Positions 1 through 10,671 are shown, counted from the stretch's first letter. The stretch is 39,759 nt of DNA from Minisyncoccia bacterium (GCA_038322745.1 JBBQGF010000003.1:1-39759), one strand, 5' to 3'. The notes: generated from the letters alone by a model not told the origin. Numbers and translations: made by a program.

Positions 1-1174
1 GAGCAACCGTAAATGTCCCCGTAGCAGTTGCAACATTGTAATTTATATCAGCAGCTTTTGTTGCAGTAATTACACATGAACCTGTAGTTGTGTAAGTTAA
101 TGCTCCAGTACTTGAATTAACAGAACATCCTGCTCCTGCTGTTGTAACAGCATATGTTATTGCTCCAGTACCTGAACCTCCAGTAGCTGAAAGATTAGTA
201 AATGAACCTCCGTTCGTGATACTTTGGCCTGCAAGAGATAAAATAGGTGATTGGTTTTTCTTACTTATAACAAAATTACCACAAGATCCACCAGTAAGAT
301 TATTGTAATTAGTTGTATTAGTAGGAGTAAAGTTTGTTGTGATAGCATAAGTACCAGCATTTATTGGAACTGTACTTGAACCATTGTATTTAACATTAGT
401 TATTGTTCCAGGAGTTGAGGTACTTAGAATTACAACAATAGGAGAACCTGTATAAGTAGTAGGGGTATTATTAACTGAACAAGTTGGGGTTGTTTTTGTT
501 AAATTAAAACATGACTTAACAACACCTCCTAAAGGGTCTCCGCCAAAAGATGTACTATTACATGTAGTATTACTAGATGAACTTATATAATTAAAAGAAG
601 AAGTACAACCATAAGCAAGAGATGAACCAACTGAAATAGAACATGTTCCATTTTCATCTGCACATTTTGTATAACCAGATGGTCCAGTATTACATGCAAC
701 ACCAACTGTTTTACTACTAGTACCAGAAACAGTAGCTTGAGTAGGAACTGACCAATTACATCCTGACATTATACAATCTTCATCTGTTTGATAACCATAA
801 CAAGCATAATTACTTGAACCACCAAAACATTGTGGGTTTGGAGAATAACAAGTTGCAGTATATGTTGTTGGTGCAGTTGGAGAAACACTAAAAGACCCAC
901 TTGTAGCCATACTTCCTGGAGTATAATCATTACCAGGAGATGTGATTAAACAATAGTTTGAATTAGTACTTGTCCAATTAACAGTAACAGATTGACCGAC
1001 ATTAATTGAAGAAGATGATAAAGTAAGATTAACTGTAGGTGTTGGTAAAGCAACAGGAACTGTAACGATGACTGTACCTGTCATATTTGTTGCACTTACT
1101 TGTGAAATATTTCCAGTAAAAAAAGCTAGAATGAAAACAAAGGAGATAAAGAATAATAATTTTTTAATTTTCAT
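1..1174 (-). CDS. Secreted/surface Thr-Ser-Cys-rich protein, partial (runs off window start); paralogue of 1289..3970
   Basis: Not in the ORF track. ATG at 1174 gives MKIKKLLFFISFVFILAFFTGNISQVSA..., open to the window edge. Has a signal peptide; the first ~150 aa are near-identical to 1289..3970 and are followed by Ig/MBG-like segments (TYTGSP...NAGTYAIT). Confidence 0.85.
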   Translation of the reverse strand, partial: MKIKKLLFFISFVFILAFFTGNISQVSATNMTGTVIVTVPVALPTPTVNLTLSSSSINVGQSVTVNWTSTNSNYCLITSPGNDYTPGSMATSGSFSVSPTAPTTYTATCYSPNPQCFGGSSNYACYGYQTDEDCIMSGCNWSVPTQATVSGTSSKTVGVACNTGPSGYTKCADENGTCSISVGSSLAYGCTSSFNYISSSSNTTCNSTSFGGDPLGGVVKSCFNLTKTTPTCSVNNTPTTYTGSPIVVILSTSTPGTITNVKYNGSSTVPINAGTYAITTNFTPTNTTNYNNLTGGSCGNFVISKKNQSPILSLAGQSITNGGSFTNLSATGGSGTGAITYAVTTAGAGCSVNSSTGALTYTTTGSCVITATKAADINYNVATATGTFTVA

Positions 1175-1216
1175 GTAAATAAAATTAATTAATAAAGATA
1201 ATGTTTATTATACCAT
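733..1216. repeat. Duplicated promoter plus N-terminal coding block, copy 1 (copy 2 at ~3523..4012)
   Basis: Identical stretches include 1175-1216 = 3971-4012 (contains minus-strand TGGTATAAT), ~1023-1083 = ~3819-3879 and ~733-785 = ~3523-3575. Confidence 0.9.
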
Positions 1217-1232
1217 TAAAAATTAAATACAT

Positions 1233-1284
1233 AAAATACCACCAAGCCAAAATTTGAATATTCTGGGGGGTTTGGTGGTATTTT
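1233..1284 (-). terminator. Intrinsic terminator after the 893-aa gene
   Basis: Inverted repeat AAAATACCACCAA ... TTGGTGGTATTTT. Confidence 0.6.
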
Positions 1285-1288
1285 AAAA

Positions 1289-3970
1289 TTATCTTTCTAT
1301 AATACTAGTAGTCATATCGTCTATTGAAACTATACCCATAGCTGTATCAGTTACTCCATCACTACTAAAACATGTTACTTCATAAGTAGTATCTCTTTTC
1401 AAAACAGGTGATGCATAAGTATGAGGTTCATTATTTACAGAAGAACCACAAACTCCATTTCCTTTAGTATCGCTCCATTTACATTCACAAGATGTAGCAT
1501 TGGTTGAAGTCCAGTTTACTTTTACTTTTGAATTATATGGTCTAGGACCTATAGGATTAATTGTTAAAGTCACATTTGGACAAACATTATTTGAATAAGA
1601 ATATATTTCTTCGAGAGCAAAAGTTCCTGACATAGTAGTACACCAAACTCCTGTAGGTGAAGGTGAAGGATTAGTACATGTACGTTTTATTTTACCTGTA
1701 GCCCCACATACTATTGAACGAGCAGGAACCCATGAATTCCAACCACCATTTGTTATCCCAGTTGGTGTACATGTTGGATAGTTTGTATTTCCATTTGTAC
1801 AAATTCCTGAACAAGGAGCAATATTGTAATTTGTATCTGTTGATACAGTACATGTTGGACCTACTGATGTACATGCTGGATAGTTTGTATTTCCGTTTAA
1901 ACAAGTCAAAGCACAATTCCAATCATTATTTGGACCAGTAGCATTATAATTTGTGTCAGTATTTGTAGTACATCCATATTTAGGAGCAGAACAATTTGTC
2001 ACTGTTCCGCAAGACCAATTCCAGTTTGTTGTAGTATTTACTGGTGAATTAGAGTTTAGTACTCCTACTGCACAAGCAGGGACACCTACTGGTTCTATTA
2101 ATTGAGGAGTCGAGCTACTACCGAGACCACAAGTATCAACTGGGGGTGATGATACAGTGATAGTTGTCCACAGTCCACAATTATTTCCTTCATTTGATTC
2201 TGCAATCAAACCAGTGCCTGCTGCTGAATCTTTATCTGCACAAACACGTCCATAATATGTACCAGGGTTTGTAAACTTGTAATCGATTGACTGAACGAAA
2301 CTACCACCTGCAGGAATAGTATTCATTAATACTCTAGGTATATCATTGACCGGAACTCCATTAGAATTTAGTGACCATTGCATTAAATTAAAGAAGTTTG
2401 CTCCAGTTGCTGCTGTTCCTTGGTTTGTTATCGTTGAATTGAAAGTTGTATTTACTCCCATTGTTGCAGTAGTAGGTGAAACACTAGAAGCAGTAAGGTC
2501 AGGTTGACCATTAATAGAAACTAAAGTCCAAGAACTACAATTATTCCCTTCATTTATTCCTTCGTCGACAAGTCCAGTATTATCAAGAATAGAACTTTTA
2601 TCTGCACATGCTCTTAGATAAAATTTATTTCCTGCATAACTACTTGAATTAATCATAATGGATTTAGAAGCAGTAGCTGAAGCTCCAGATGCAAGTGCTG
2701 TCATTTTTGTTACTGAAGTATAGTCATTTACATTTGTACTATTTAATATTGAGGCAAGTGGAGAAGCTGTTCCTTGGAATAGATTATAGAAATTTACTCC
2801 AGTTGCTGCTGTTCCTTGGTTTGTGATTGTTGATGAAAATGTTGTAGGGACTCCAATCTCAATACTTGTTGGGGCTGTTATTGAAGCGATGAGATCAGGA
2901 GTAAGAGATGCACATACAGATGGAGCATTTCCAGAAACTACTGAAGAAGATGATGATGAACCTGCTGAGTTAGAAGAAATGATAGTATAACTATGGCTTG
3001 ATCCAGCAGTTAATCCTGTATGAGAATATGAAGTTCCTGCACCTGAATAGATAGTATTTGCTCCATCTTTTAATGTATAACTTGTCGCTCCTGTTGAAGC
3101 TGTCCATGAGATATTAATTGTTCCTGTTCCACAAGAACTTGGGGTAGCAGTGAGGTTTGTTGGGGTAAGAGGAACAGTAACATTTACTGCACATTTACTT
3201 CCATCCCAAGTTGTATTTGCAATACAAGATGCAGTTGATGTTGCATTAGCAAGTTCTACTCCATTGTGGTAAAGGTAGAAGATTCGATTTGGATAAGCAA
3301 CGGTATAAGTTGTAGTACTTGTGTTAGCAGTTTTAACTGTAATATTTGTTGGAGTAGTAACTGCTGATGTGACTCCTGTTATTGGATTAGTTGTTGTCCA
3401 ACTTAAGTTTGAAGTACAACTACTTGCACCTAATGCAATTGTACAGTTTGAAGCAGTGAGTGTGCCGGAAGGAGCAGGAGGAACAGTAACTGTCACTGTC
3501 TTACTAATAGTAGCAGAAACTGTAGCTTGAGTAGGAACTGACCAATTACATCCTGACATTATACAATCTTCATCTCCACCAGAATAACCATAACAAGTAT
3601 AATTATTTGAACCACCACCATAACATTGTGAATTAGGAGCATAACAAGTTGCAGTATATGTTGTAGTTTGAGTAGGAGAAGTAGTAAATGAGCCACTAGT
3701 AGCCATACTTTCTGGAGTAAAGTCAGCAGTAGGAGATGTAATTATACAGTAGTTAGAATTAGTACTTCCCCAAGTCATCGTTACAGATTGACCTAAGTTA
3801 ATAGAACTTGATGATGGAGTAAGATTAACTGTAGGTGTTGGTAAAGCAACAGGAACTGTAACGATGACTGTACCTGTCACATTTGCTGCACTTACTTGTG
3901 AAATATTTCCAGCAAAAAAAGCTAGAATAAAAACAAAGGAGATAAAGAATAGTAATTTTTTAATTTTCAT
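1289..3970 (-). CDS. Large secreted/surface protein with FN3-like, two CARDB-like, Cys-rich and TSP1-like modules
   Basis: Signal peptide; PTNLTATP...ISWTASTGATSY (FN3-like); two PDL.AS...TITNQGTAATG...E.NEGNNC repeats (CARDB-like); NGGWNSW...RTCTNP (TSP1-like). Confidence 0.85.
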   Translation of the reverse strand: MKIKKLLFFISFVFILAFFAGNISQVSAANVTGTVIVTVPVALPTPTVNLTPSSSSINLGQSVTMTWGSTNSNYCIITSPTADFTPESMATSGSFTTSPTQTTTYTATCYAPNSQCYGGGSNNYTCYGYSGGDEDCIMSGCNWSVPTQATVSATISKTVTVTVPPAPSGTLTASNCTIALGASSCTSNLSWTTTNPITGVTSAVTTPTNITVKTANTSTTTYTVAYPNRIFYLYHNGVELANATSTASCIANTTWDGSKCAVNVTVPLTPTNLTATPSSCGTGTINISWTASTGATSYTLKDGANTIYSGAGTSYSHTGLTAGSSHSYTIISSNSAGSSSSSSVVSGNAPSVCASLTPDLIASITAPTSIEIGVPTTFSSTITNQGTAATGVNFYNLFQGTASPLASILNSTNVNDYTSVTKMTALASGASATASKSIMINSSSYAGNKFYLRACADKSSILDNTGLVDEGINEGNNCSSWTLVSINGQPDLTASSVSPTTATMGVNTTFNSTITNQGTAATGANFFNLMQWSLNSNGVPVNDIPRVLMNTIPAGGSFVQSIDYKFTNPGTYYGRVCADKDSAAGTGLIAESNEGNNCGLWTTITVSSPPVDTCGLGSSSTPQLIEPVGVPACAVGVLNSNSPVNTTTNWNWSCGTVTNCSAPKYGCTTNTDTNYNATGPNNDWNCALTCLNGNTNYPACTSVGPTCTVSTDTNYNIAPCSGICTNGNTNYPTCTPTGITNGGWNSWVPARSIVCGATGKIKRTCTNPSPSPTGVWCTTMSGTFALEEIYSYSNNVCPNVTLTINPIGPRPYNSKVKVNWTSTNATSCECKWSDTKGNGVCGSSVNNEPHTYASPVLKRDTTYEVTCFSSDGVTDTAMGIVSIDDMTTSIIER

Positions 3971-4012
3971 GTAAATAAAATTAATTAATAAAGATAATGT
4001 TTATTATACCAT
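3523..4012. repeat. Duplicated promoter plus N-terminal coding block, copy 2
   Basis: Aligns to 733..1216. Confidence 0.9.
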
Positions 4013-4055
4013 AAATATTATAAACATATTGTAAAATTTATGTTTTATTATATGT

Positions 4056-4084
4056 TTGACTTTATAACAATGCTGTTATACCAT
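4056..4084 (+). promoter_or_regulatory. sigma70-type promoter for nusA
   Basis: TTGACT-17 nt-TACCAT, followed by a GC-containing leader hairpin at ~4110-4140. Confidence 0.5.
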
Positions 4085-4189
4085 AGAATATAGTATAAGC
4101 CTGTCCTCGAACCGGGTTTTTATTTTACCAAAATTCGGGTAAATCTCGTTTTTTAGTAATAAAATTTAATAGTTAATAAAACTAAATAT

Positions 4190-5365
4190 ATGTTAGACCT
4201 CAAAACAATGAAGTCTGCTTTAGAACAGCTTGAACAAGAGCGTAAAATTCCTCGAGAGAAGATTATTGACGCTATAGAACAAGCACTAGCCGCAGCATAC
4301 AAGAAGGATTACGGGAAAAAGGGCCAAATTATTAGAAACAAAATTGATATCGAAACTGGAGTGATGGAATTCTATCAAATCAAAATTGTAGTTGATGATT
4401 CATTGGTTCGTATGACAAAAGAAGACGAAGAAGAAGAAATAGCTGAAGATGATGAACGTGTTCGTTTTAATGAAGAACATCATATTCTACTAGAAGATGC
4501 TAAAAAAATTAAAAATGGGGTAAAGATTGAAGACGAAATATCATTCCCTCTTGAAAATAAAGATGACTATGGGCGTATTGCTGCTCAAACTGCAAAGCAA
4601 GTAATTATTCAAAAAATTCGTGAAGCAGAACGTGGAGCTATAGTAGATGAGTACGGTAGTAAAGAAGGTGAAATCATAAATGGTACAGTTCAAAAAGTTG
4701 AACGTGGAATAGTTTATATAGATTTCAATCGTGCTACTGGAATAATCTTACCAGAAGAACAAATTCCTGGAGAATTCTACCGCCGTGGAGAGAGAATCAA
4801 AGCTTATTTATATTCTGTTGAGGAAACACCTCGTGGAGTAAATCTAAAACTTTCCCGTACTCATCCACAACTAATAGAAGGATTGTTTGGAATGGAAGCT
4901 CCTGAAATTGCAAGTGGTGTTGTTGAAATAAAAGCAATCGCACGTGAAGCAGGAAGTCGTTCAAAAATTGCTGTTTATTCTAATGATGAACATGTTGACC
5001 CAGTTGGTTCATGTGTCGGACAAAAAGGAGTCCGTGTTACAACAGTTATGAGTGAACTTAATGGTGAAAAAATAGATATTATTCCTTGGTCTGGAGACCC
5101 AGCAACTTATATCGCAAGTGCAATCTCCCCTGCAAATGTTCTAGATATCCAAGTACAAGACCAAGAGCATAAAGCAGTTGTTGAAGTTGCCGCAGACCAA
5201 TTATCTTTAGCTATTGGTAAGGGTGGACAAAATGTCCGTCTCGCAGCCAAACTTACAGGATGGAGAATTGATATTAAAGGTATGGAAGCAAATGTTTCAA
5301 GTACAAGTGAACAAAATGAAGATGATATTTTAGATGGTGGAATTGTAGATGATGGAACAAATTAG
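4190..5365 (+). CDS. nusA: Transcription termination/antitermination factor NusA
   Basis: GRIAAQTAKQVIIQKIREAER, S1 domain, KH domains (AREAGSRSKIAV, LSLAIGKGGQNVRLAAKLTGW). Confidence 0.98.
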   Translation: MLDLKTMKSALEQLEQERKIPREKIIDAIEQALAAAYKKDYGKKGQIIRNKIDIETGVMEFYQIKIVVDDSLVRMTKEDEEEEIAEDDERVRFNEEHHILLEDAKKIKNGVKIEDEISFPLENKDDYGRIAAQTAKQVIIQKIREAERGAIVDEYGSKEGEIINGTVQKVERGIVYIDFNRATGIILPEEQIPGEFYRRGERIKAYLYSVEETPRGVNLKLSRTHPQLIEGLFGMEAPEIASGVVEIKAIAREAGSRSKIAVYSNDEHVDPVGSCVGQKGVRVTTVMSELNGEKIDIIPWSGDPATYIASAISPANVLDIQVQDQEHKAVVEVAADQLSLAIGKGGQNVRLAAKLTGWRIDIKGMEANVSSTSEQNEDDILDGGIVDDGTN

Positions 5366-5465
5366 TATTGTGTAGTTTCAAAATAAATCTTTTTTAATAA
5401 ATATTTTTATTAAAAAAATTAAAGTGTATTAAAAATTATTATTAATTAATATAAAAAATAAATAT

Positions 5466-7532
5466 ATGAATCCATTTATTATTTTTGCTCTTGTTTCCTC
5501 TGTTGTTGCAATAGTTTACGGTTTATTTTTAATTAAAATTGTAATGAGCAAAGGTGCAGGAGATGAAAAAATGAAAGCAATAGCTGCTGCAATTCAGCAG
5601 GGTGCTAGTGCATATTTGAATCGTCAATATAAAACAATTGGTATTATTGCTGTTGTATTATTCTTTCTTATTGGTCTGATTCCAGCTCTGGGTTGGATGA
5701 TGGCATTTGGTTTCCTTGTCGGTGCAGTATTATCAGCACTCGCAGGATACATAGGAATGAATGTTTCTGTTCGTGCTAATGTCCGTACAACAGAAGAAGC
5801 AAAGAAAGGATTAAAAGAAGCTTTGAGTCTCGCATTCAAAGGTGGAACTGTAACAGGATTACTCGTTGTAGGTCTCGCACTTCTTGGAGTAACTGTATTT
5901 TATCTTATTGCACAAGCAGTAGATCCATTAAATGCTGTTCGTCCACTTATAGGTTTATCATTTGGAGCAAGTTTGATTTCCATATTCGCTCGTCTTGGTG
6001 GTGGAATATTTACAAAAGCTGCAGATGTTGGGGCTGACCTTGTAGGGAAAGTTGAAGCTGGTATTCCAGAAGATGATCCTCGAAATCCAGCAGTTATAGC
6101 TGATAATGTTGGAGATAATGTTGGAGACTGTGCAGGTATGGCAGCTGACTTATTTGAGACATATGCTGTGACTTCCGTTGCAACTATGCTTCTCGGTTCA
6201 CTTGTATTCTCTGGATTTAATAATGCGATTATTTATCCACTTGCTCTAGGCTCTGTTGCAATATTCTCTTCTATTATTGGTACATGGTTTGTAAAACTTG
6301 GAAAAAATAATAACATAATGGGAGCGCTCTATAAAGGTTTAATTGCTTCTGGAGTTCTTTCTGCTATAGCATTTTATCCAATCACAAAATGGTTAATGGA
6401 AGGACAAACTGTTTATACAGTAAACGCACTATATATGAGTGCATTAGTTGGAATCATTGTAACAGCTTTAATTGTTGTTATAACTGAATATTATACTTCT
6501 ACAAAATATAGTCCTGTAAAATCTATTGCTGAAGCTTCAGTTTCTGGACATGGAACAAACGTCATCCAAGGATTAGCTGTTTCAATGAAATCAACAGCTC
6601 TTCCTTTGCTTACAATTGTTGCTGGAATACTAGCTTCATACCACTTTGGACAACTTTATGGAGTAGCAGTTGCTGCTATGTCTATGCTTTCTTTCACAGG
6701 TATTATCGTTGCTATTGATTCCTTTGGTCCTATTACTGACAACGCTGGTGGTATTGCTGAAATGGCAGGTCTTCCAGAATCTGTTCGCGATGTGACTGAT
6801 CCACTTGATGCAGTTGGTAATACAACAAAAGCAGTAACAAAGGGTTACGCTATTGGTTCTGCAGGTCTCGCAGCAATTGTACTTTTTGCTTCATTTACTC
6901 AAGATTACAATGTCGCTGTAGCAGAATATGCAAATAAAATAGGAGCAGCAATTCCAGAAGCTCTTAAATTTGATTTAAGTAATCCTAAAGTTATTGCTGG
7001 TCTTCTTATTGGAGGGCTTTTACCTTACTTCTTTAGTGCATTATGCATGGAAGCAGTTGGTAAAGCTGCAGGAAAAGTTGTTGAAGAAGTTCGCAGACAA
7101 TTCCGTGAAATCAAAGGAATCATGGATGGTACAGGTAAACCTGACTATGCAACTTGTGTAGATATAGTTACAACAGGTGCTATTAAGCAAATGATTGCTC
7201 CAGCACTTATCGCAGTTCTATCTCCAATCCTAGTTGGATTTATCCTTGGACCAGAAGCTCTAGGTGGACTTCTTGTTGGTTCTATAATTACAGGAATATT
7301 CCTAGCAATATCAATGACCTCCGGTGGTGGTGCATGGGACAATGCAAAAAAATATATTGAACTTGGAAACTTTGGTGGTAAAGGTAGTGATGCTCACAAA
7401 GCAGCAGTTACTGGTGATACAGTTGGTGACCCTTACAAAGACACAGCTGGTCCTGCTATTAACCCAATGATAAAGATATTAAATATCATTGCTCTCATCA
7501 TCGTGCCATTACTTGTTTCATTTTGGTTTTAA
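5466..7532 (+). CDS. hppA: Membrane-integral H+-translocating pyrophosphatase, K+-independent type
   Basis: [49 protein letters not shown] motifs. Confidence 0.96.
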   Translation: MNPFIIFALVSSVVAIVYGLFLIKIVMSKGAGDEKMKAIAAAIQQGASAYLNRQYKTIGIIAVVLFFLIGLIPALGWMMAFGFLVGAVLSALAGYIGMNVSVRANVRTTEEAKKGLKEALSLAFKGGTVTGLLVVGLALLGVTVFYLIAQAVDPLNAVRPLIGLSFGASLISIFARLGGGIFTKAADVGADLVGKVEAGIPEDDPRNPAVIADNVGDNVGDCAGMAADLFETYAVTSVATMLLGSLVFSGFNNAIIYPLALGSVAIFSSIIGTWFVKLGKNNNIMGALYKGLIASGVLSAIAFYPITKWLMEGQTVYTVNALYMSALVGIIVTALIVVITEYYTSTKYSPVKSIAEASVSGHGTNVIQGLAVSMKSTALPLLTIVAGILASYHFGQLYGVAVAAMSMLSFTGIIVAIDSFGPITDNAGGIAEMAGLPESVRDVTDPLDAVGNTTKAVTKGYAIGSAGLAAIVLFASFTQDYNVAVAEYANKIGAAIPEALKFDLSNPKVIAGLLIGGLLPYFFSALCMEAVGKAAGKVVEEVRRQFREIKGIMDGTGKPDYATCVDIVTTGAIKQMIAPALIAVLSPILVGFILGPEALGGLLVGSIITGIFLAISMTSGGGAWDNAKKYIELGNFGGKGSDAHKAAVTGDTVGDPYKDTAGPAINPMIKILNIIALIIVPLLVSFWF

Positions 7533-7549
7533 TAAAATAAAATTAATAT

Positions 7550-7600
7550 GTAAAACTAAAATTACCCTAGACCTTCGGTCTAGGGTAATTTTAGTTTTAC
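7550..7600. terminator. Bidirectional terminator / 24-bp perfect inverted repeat
   Basis: GTAAAACTAAAATTACCCTAGACC-TTC-GGTCTAGGGTAATTTTAGTTTTAC between convergent genes. Confidence 0.8.
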
Positions 7601-7607
7601 TAAATAT

Positions 7608-8666
7608 TTAAACAAACTCAACTTTTGGAATTCTTCTTCTCATTAAAACAATTGCGATTATTATAAGAATAATTATTATCAGTGTTGGATGAATTGGTGC
7701 AAATATTACAGCCATTTCCCAAAGACTAATCCATCTAACATCAACTGAACCATTTACGGTTTCAATATTATCCATGAATTTGGTGTCAGTTTTATTTGCA
7801 TTTGTTACATTGTTGCTAGCATTACTTATCATAGCATCAAAATTTTGGTGCTGAGATTGATAGTTTATATTTTCATCACTTAATTTTTTCTTCTGATACG
7901 TTTGTTGTTGAACAATAGAAGTTTCTTGATTACGAAGTGCAGTTAATATTGAGACTTCTTTTTCTAGAGAAATACTTGATCTAACAGATACTAGTTGTGA
8001 ATTAATGCTTGTTAACTCTTTATTTATAGAGGTAACAATTTTGTTGTGATTATTTTCAAGTTCAGTTCTCTTTGCTATTAGACTATCTAGTGATTGATTT
8101 GCATCTATTATTTGTCCTTCTATTCCCTGTTTTTGCCCAAGTAAATTTTCTGATGAAATATCTTCCGTATAAAGTTTTTTATGAGTGATACTTTCTATCT
8201 CATCTCTAAATGCATCGAACTTACTCTTCGCAACCACAAAACGTACATGGCCATATTTATCTCCACTACTGAAACTATCAACTCTACCATCTGCTCCTTT
8301 AACGATATTTTTAATTTGTTTTGTTACATCAGAAACATCTCTTGTCTTGATGTCTGCGTTATAATAAGTTTTTAAGAATTCTCTAGTATCAGTTATTGAA
8401 GGGTTTTGTTCTTGATATCTGTAATTATCATTTGGATAAGGCATAGCAACATCATTATATGAACCAATTTCATTTAACCCCATAGATGGAACTATTGATT
8501 GAATACTACTTTTACCGCGATAACCGTTCAATGAAAAAGACATCATCAATACAACAATAAAAGCAACTAGAATAACAGCTAAAAATGCTAGTGACCATCT
8601 AAATTTACTACGAGATATTTTTATAACTTTTCTTCCAACTACTTCTGTTTGTTTATTTTCTTCCAT
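7608..8666 (-). CDS. DUF4349-like membrane protein with coiled coil
   Basis: N- and C-terminal TM helices, GRVDSFSS...RFVVAKSKFDAF...EDISSENL pattern, long coiled coil. Confidence 0.65.
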   Translation of the reverse strand: MEENKQTEVVGRKVIKISRSKFRWSLAFLAVILVAFIVVLMMSFSLNGYRGKSSIQSIVPSMGLNEIGSYNDVAMPYPNDNYRYQEQNPSITDTREFLKTYYNADIKTRDVSDVTKQIKNIVKGADGRVDSFSSGDKYGHVRFVVAKSKFDAFRDEIESITHKKLYTEDISSENLLGQKQGIEGQIIDANQSLDSLIAKRTELENNHNKIVTSINKELTSINSQLVSVRSSISLEKEVSILTALRNQETSIVQQQTYQKKKLSDENINYQSQHQNFDAMISNASNNVTNANKTDTKFMDNIETVNGSVDVRWISLWEMAVIFAPIHPTLIIIILIIIAIVLMRRRIPKVEFV

Positions 8667-8806
8667 AAATTAATTATATTTATTAGTAATAAATTAAAAC
8701 CAAAACTAAACATTATAAACTTTGGATATTATACAACTTAATATCTTTTAAGCATATTCAATACAATTTTGACAAAAATCAGTTTGCCATATAAACTAGG
8801 CATAAT

Positions 8807-9880
8807 ATGAAAACAACAATAAAAAAATTAGAAAAAAGTGAGGTTGAAATAACAGGTATATTAGAAGTTATAGAATTTGAAAAATATGAAGAAAAAGCAT
8901 TACTTCGAATTGGAGAAAGGATGGAATTGCCAGGATTCAGAAAAGGGAAAGCGCCAGCTGCTATCATAAAAGAAAATACACAAGAGATGATTCTATTGGA
9001 AGAGATGGCAGAACTTGCCCTATATGATGCATACCAAAACATATTAGACGAAAATAAAATAGATGCTATTGGTCGCCCACAGATTGCTATTACAAAAATA
9101 GCAAAAGGTTCTGATTTAGAATTTAAAATAGTTACAGCAGTATTACCTGAAATCAAATTGGGTGATTATAAAAATATTGCAGCTAAATATAATAAAGATT
9201 CCGAATATAAAAAAGAAATAGTTGTTGAAGAAAAAGATGTTGAAAAAGTTATTTTAGACTTACGTAAAATGAGAGCTGAGCAAGCAAGACCTGCTCATGA
9301 ACATGTAGAAGGAGAAAATGAGGCAGAACATGCAGCATCTCATGCAGAAATACCAGAAAGTGAATATCCAGAATTCAACGATGAATTTGCAAAAACATTT
9401 GGAGAATTTGCAAATATTGAAGCCTTCAAAGAAAAAATTAAAAGTAATTTAAAAATTGAAAAAGAAACTGAACAAAAAGATAAATTGCGTTTAGCGATCA
9501 TAGAAGACCTTGTGAAACAATCAGAGGCAGAAATCCCTGAAATATTAATTGAAAGTGAAACAGATAAAATACTTTATCGTTTACAAGCAGATATCACAAA
9601 CATGGGATTTGAATTCAAAGATTATCTAACTCAAATAGGAAAAACAGAAGAAGGATTGAGAAGTGAGTGGCGTACTGATGCAGAGAAACGTGCGAAACTA
9701 CAAATGATTATCCATACTATATCTGAAAAGGAAAACCTAAAAGCAACCGAAGAGGAAATAGCAAAAGATGTTTTAAACATTACTACTATGTATAAAGATG
9801 CTGATGTTGCACGTGCAAGAGCTTATGTGGAACAAATGCTAGAGAATGAAAAAGTTTTCACATTTCTTGAAAAACAATAG
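8807..9880 (+). CDS. tig: Trigger factor, short form apparently lacking the FKBP/PPIase domain
   Basis: Ribosome-binding LPGFRKGKAP motif, PEFNDEFAK, C-terminal domain; lies upstream of clpP. Confidence 0.92.
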   Translation: MKTTIKKLEKSEVEITGILEVIEFEKYEEKALLRIGERMELPGFRKGKAPAAIIKENTQEMILLEEMAELALYDAYQNILDENKIDAIGRPQIAITKIAKGSDLEFKIVTAVLPEIKLGDYKNIAAKYNKDSEYKKEIVVEEKDVEKVILDLRKMRAEQARPAHEHVEGENEAEHAASHAEIPESEYPEFNDEFAKTFGEFANIEAFKEKIKSNLKIEKETEQKDKLRLAIIEDLVKQSEAEIPEILIESETDKILYRLQADITNMGFEFKDYLTQIGKTEEGLRSEWRTDAEKRAKLQMIIHTISEKENLKATEEEIAKDVLNITTMYKDADVARARAYVEQMLENEKVFTFLEKQ

Positions 9881-9889
9881 GATGCTTAT

Positions 9890-9917
9890 AAAAACACCTC
9901 TTTACTGAGGTGTTTTT
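9890..9917 (+). terminator. Intrinsic terminator after tig
   Basis: AAAAACACCTC...GAGGTGTTTTT hairpin with U tract. Confidence 0.7.
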
Positions 9918-10048
9918 TCTTTATTTAAATATTAAGCACAAAATGCTATAATCAAATTGTTAATTTAAGTTTTGTAGGTCTATAAGTAAAAAGTATTCCC
10001 TGTAAGACAAAAAATCACAATTTATTATTATTAAATATATAAAATATT

Positions 10049-10636
10049 ATGTTAATACCAACAGTTATAGAAAAGTCACAATTTGGAGAAAGAGCTTATG
10101 ATATATACTCTCGCCTTCTAAATGAGAGAATAATTTTCCTAGGTGGAGGGATAGATGACCATGTAGCTAATTTAGTTATCGCTCAACTTCTTTATTTAGA
10201 CCATACAGATTCCAAAAAAGATATTCATCTTTATATCAATTCACCTGGTGGTTCAGTTAGCGCAGGACTTGCTATAATTGATACAATGAATTTTATTAAA
10301 AGTGATGTCTCTACTATCTGTGTAGGAATCGCAGCATCTATGGGTGCACTTATTCTCTCCTCAGGCAAAAAAGGGAAACGTTTCACACTTGCGAACTCAG
10401 AAGTTATGATTCACCAAGTTATGGGTGGAACTGAGGGACAAGCCAGTGACATCGCTATCAATGCAAAACATATTCTTCGTACAAAAGACACTCTAAACAA
10501 AATTCTTGCAGGAAATACTGGCAAGAAAATGGAACAAGTTGAAAAAGACTCCGACCGCGACTATTGGATGACAAGTGATGAAGCCAAAAAGTATGGAATC
10601 ATTGATGAGATAATTTCAAAACCAAAAATAAAATAG
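10049..10636 (+). CDS. clpP: ATP-dependent Clp protease proteolytic subunit
   Basis: [22 protein letters not shown] (catalytic Ser), MIHQ, DRDYWM. Confidence 0.98.
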   Translation: MLIPTVIEKSQFGERAYDIYSRLLNERIIFLGGGIDDHVANLVIAQLLYLDHTDSKKDIHLYINSPGGSVSAGLAIIDTMNFIKSDVSTICVGIAASMGALILSSGKKGKRFTLANSEVMIHQVMGGTEGQASDIAINAKHILRTKDTLNKILAGNTGKKMEQVEKDSDRDYWMTSDEAKKYGIIDEIISKPKIK

Positions 10637-10671
10637 AATTTACCCCAAGGACAAGGTCCTTGGGGTAAATT
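10637..10671 (+). terminator. 16-bp perfect inverted repeat (terminator or REP-like)
   Basis: AATTTACCCCAAGGAC-AAG-GTCCTTGGGGTAAATT. Confidence 0.7.

Noticed and set aside
733-4012. Diversity-generating retroelement TR/VR pair
   Set aside because: Differences between the copies are not adenine-specific, both copies are N-terminal coding regions, and no reverse transcriptase is in the window.
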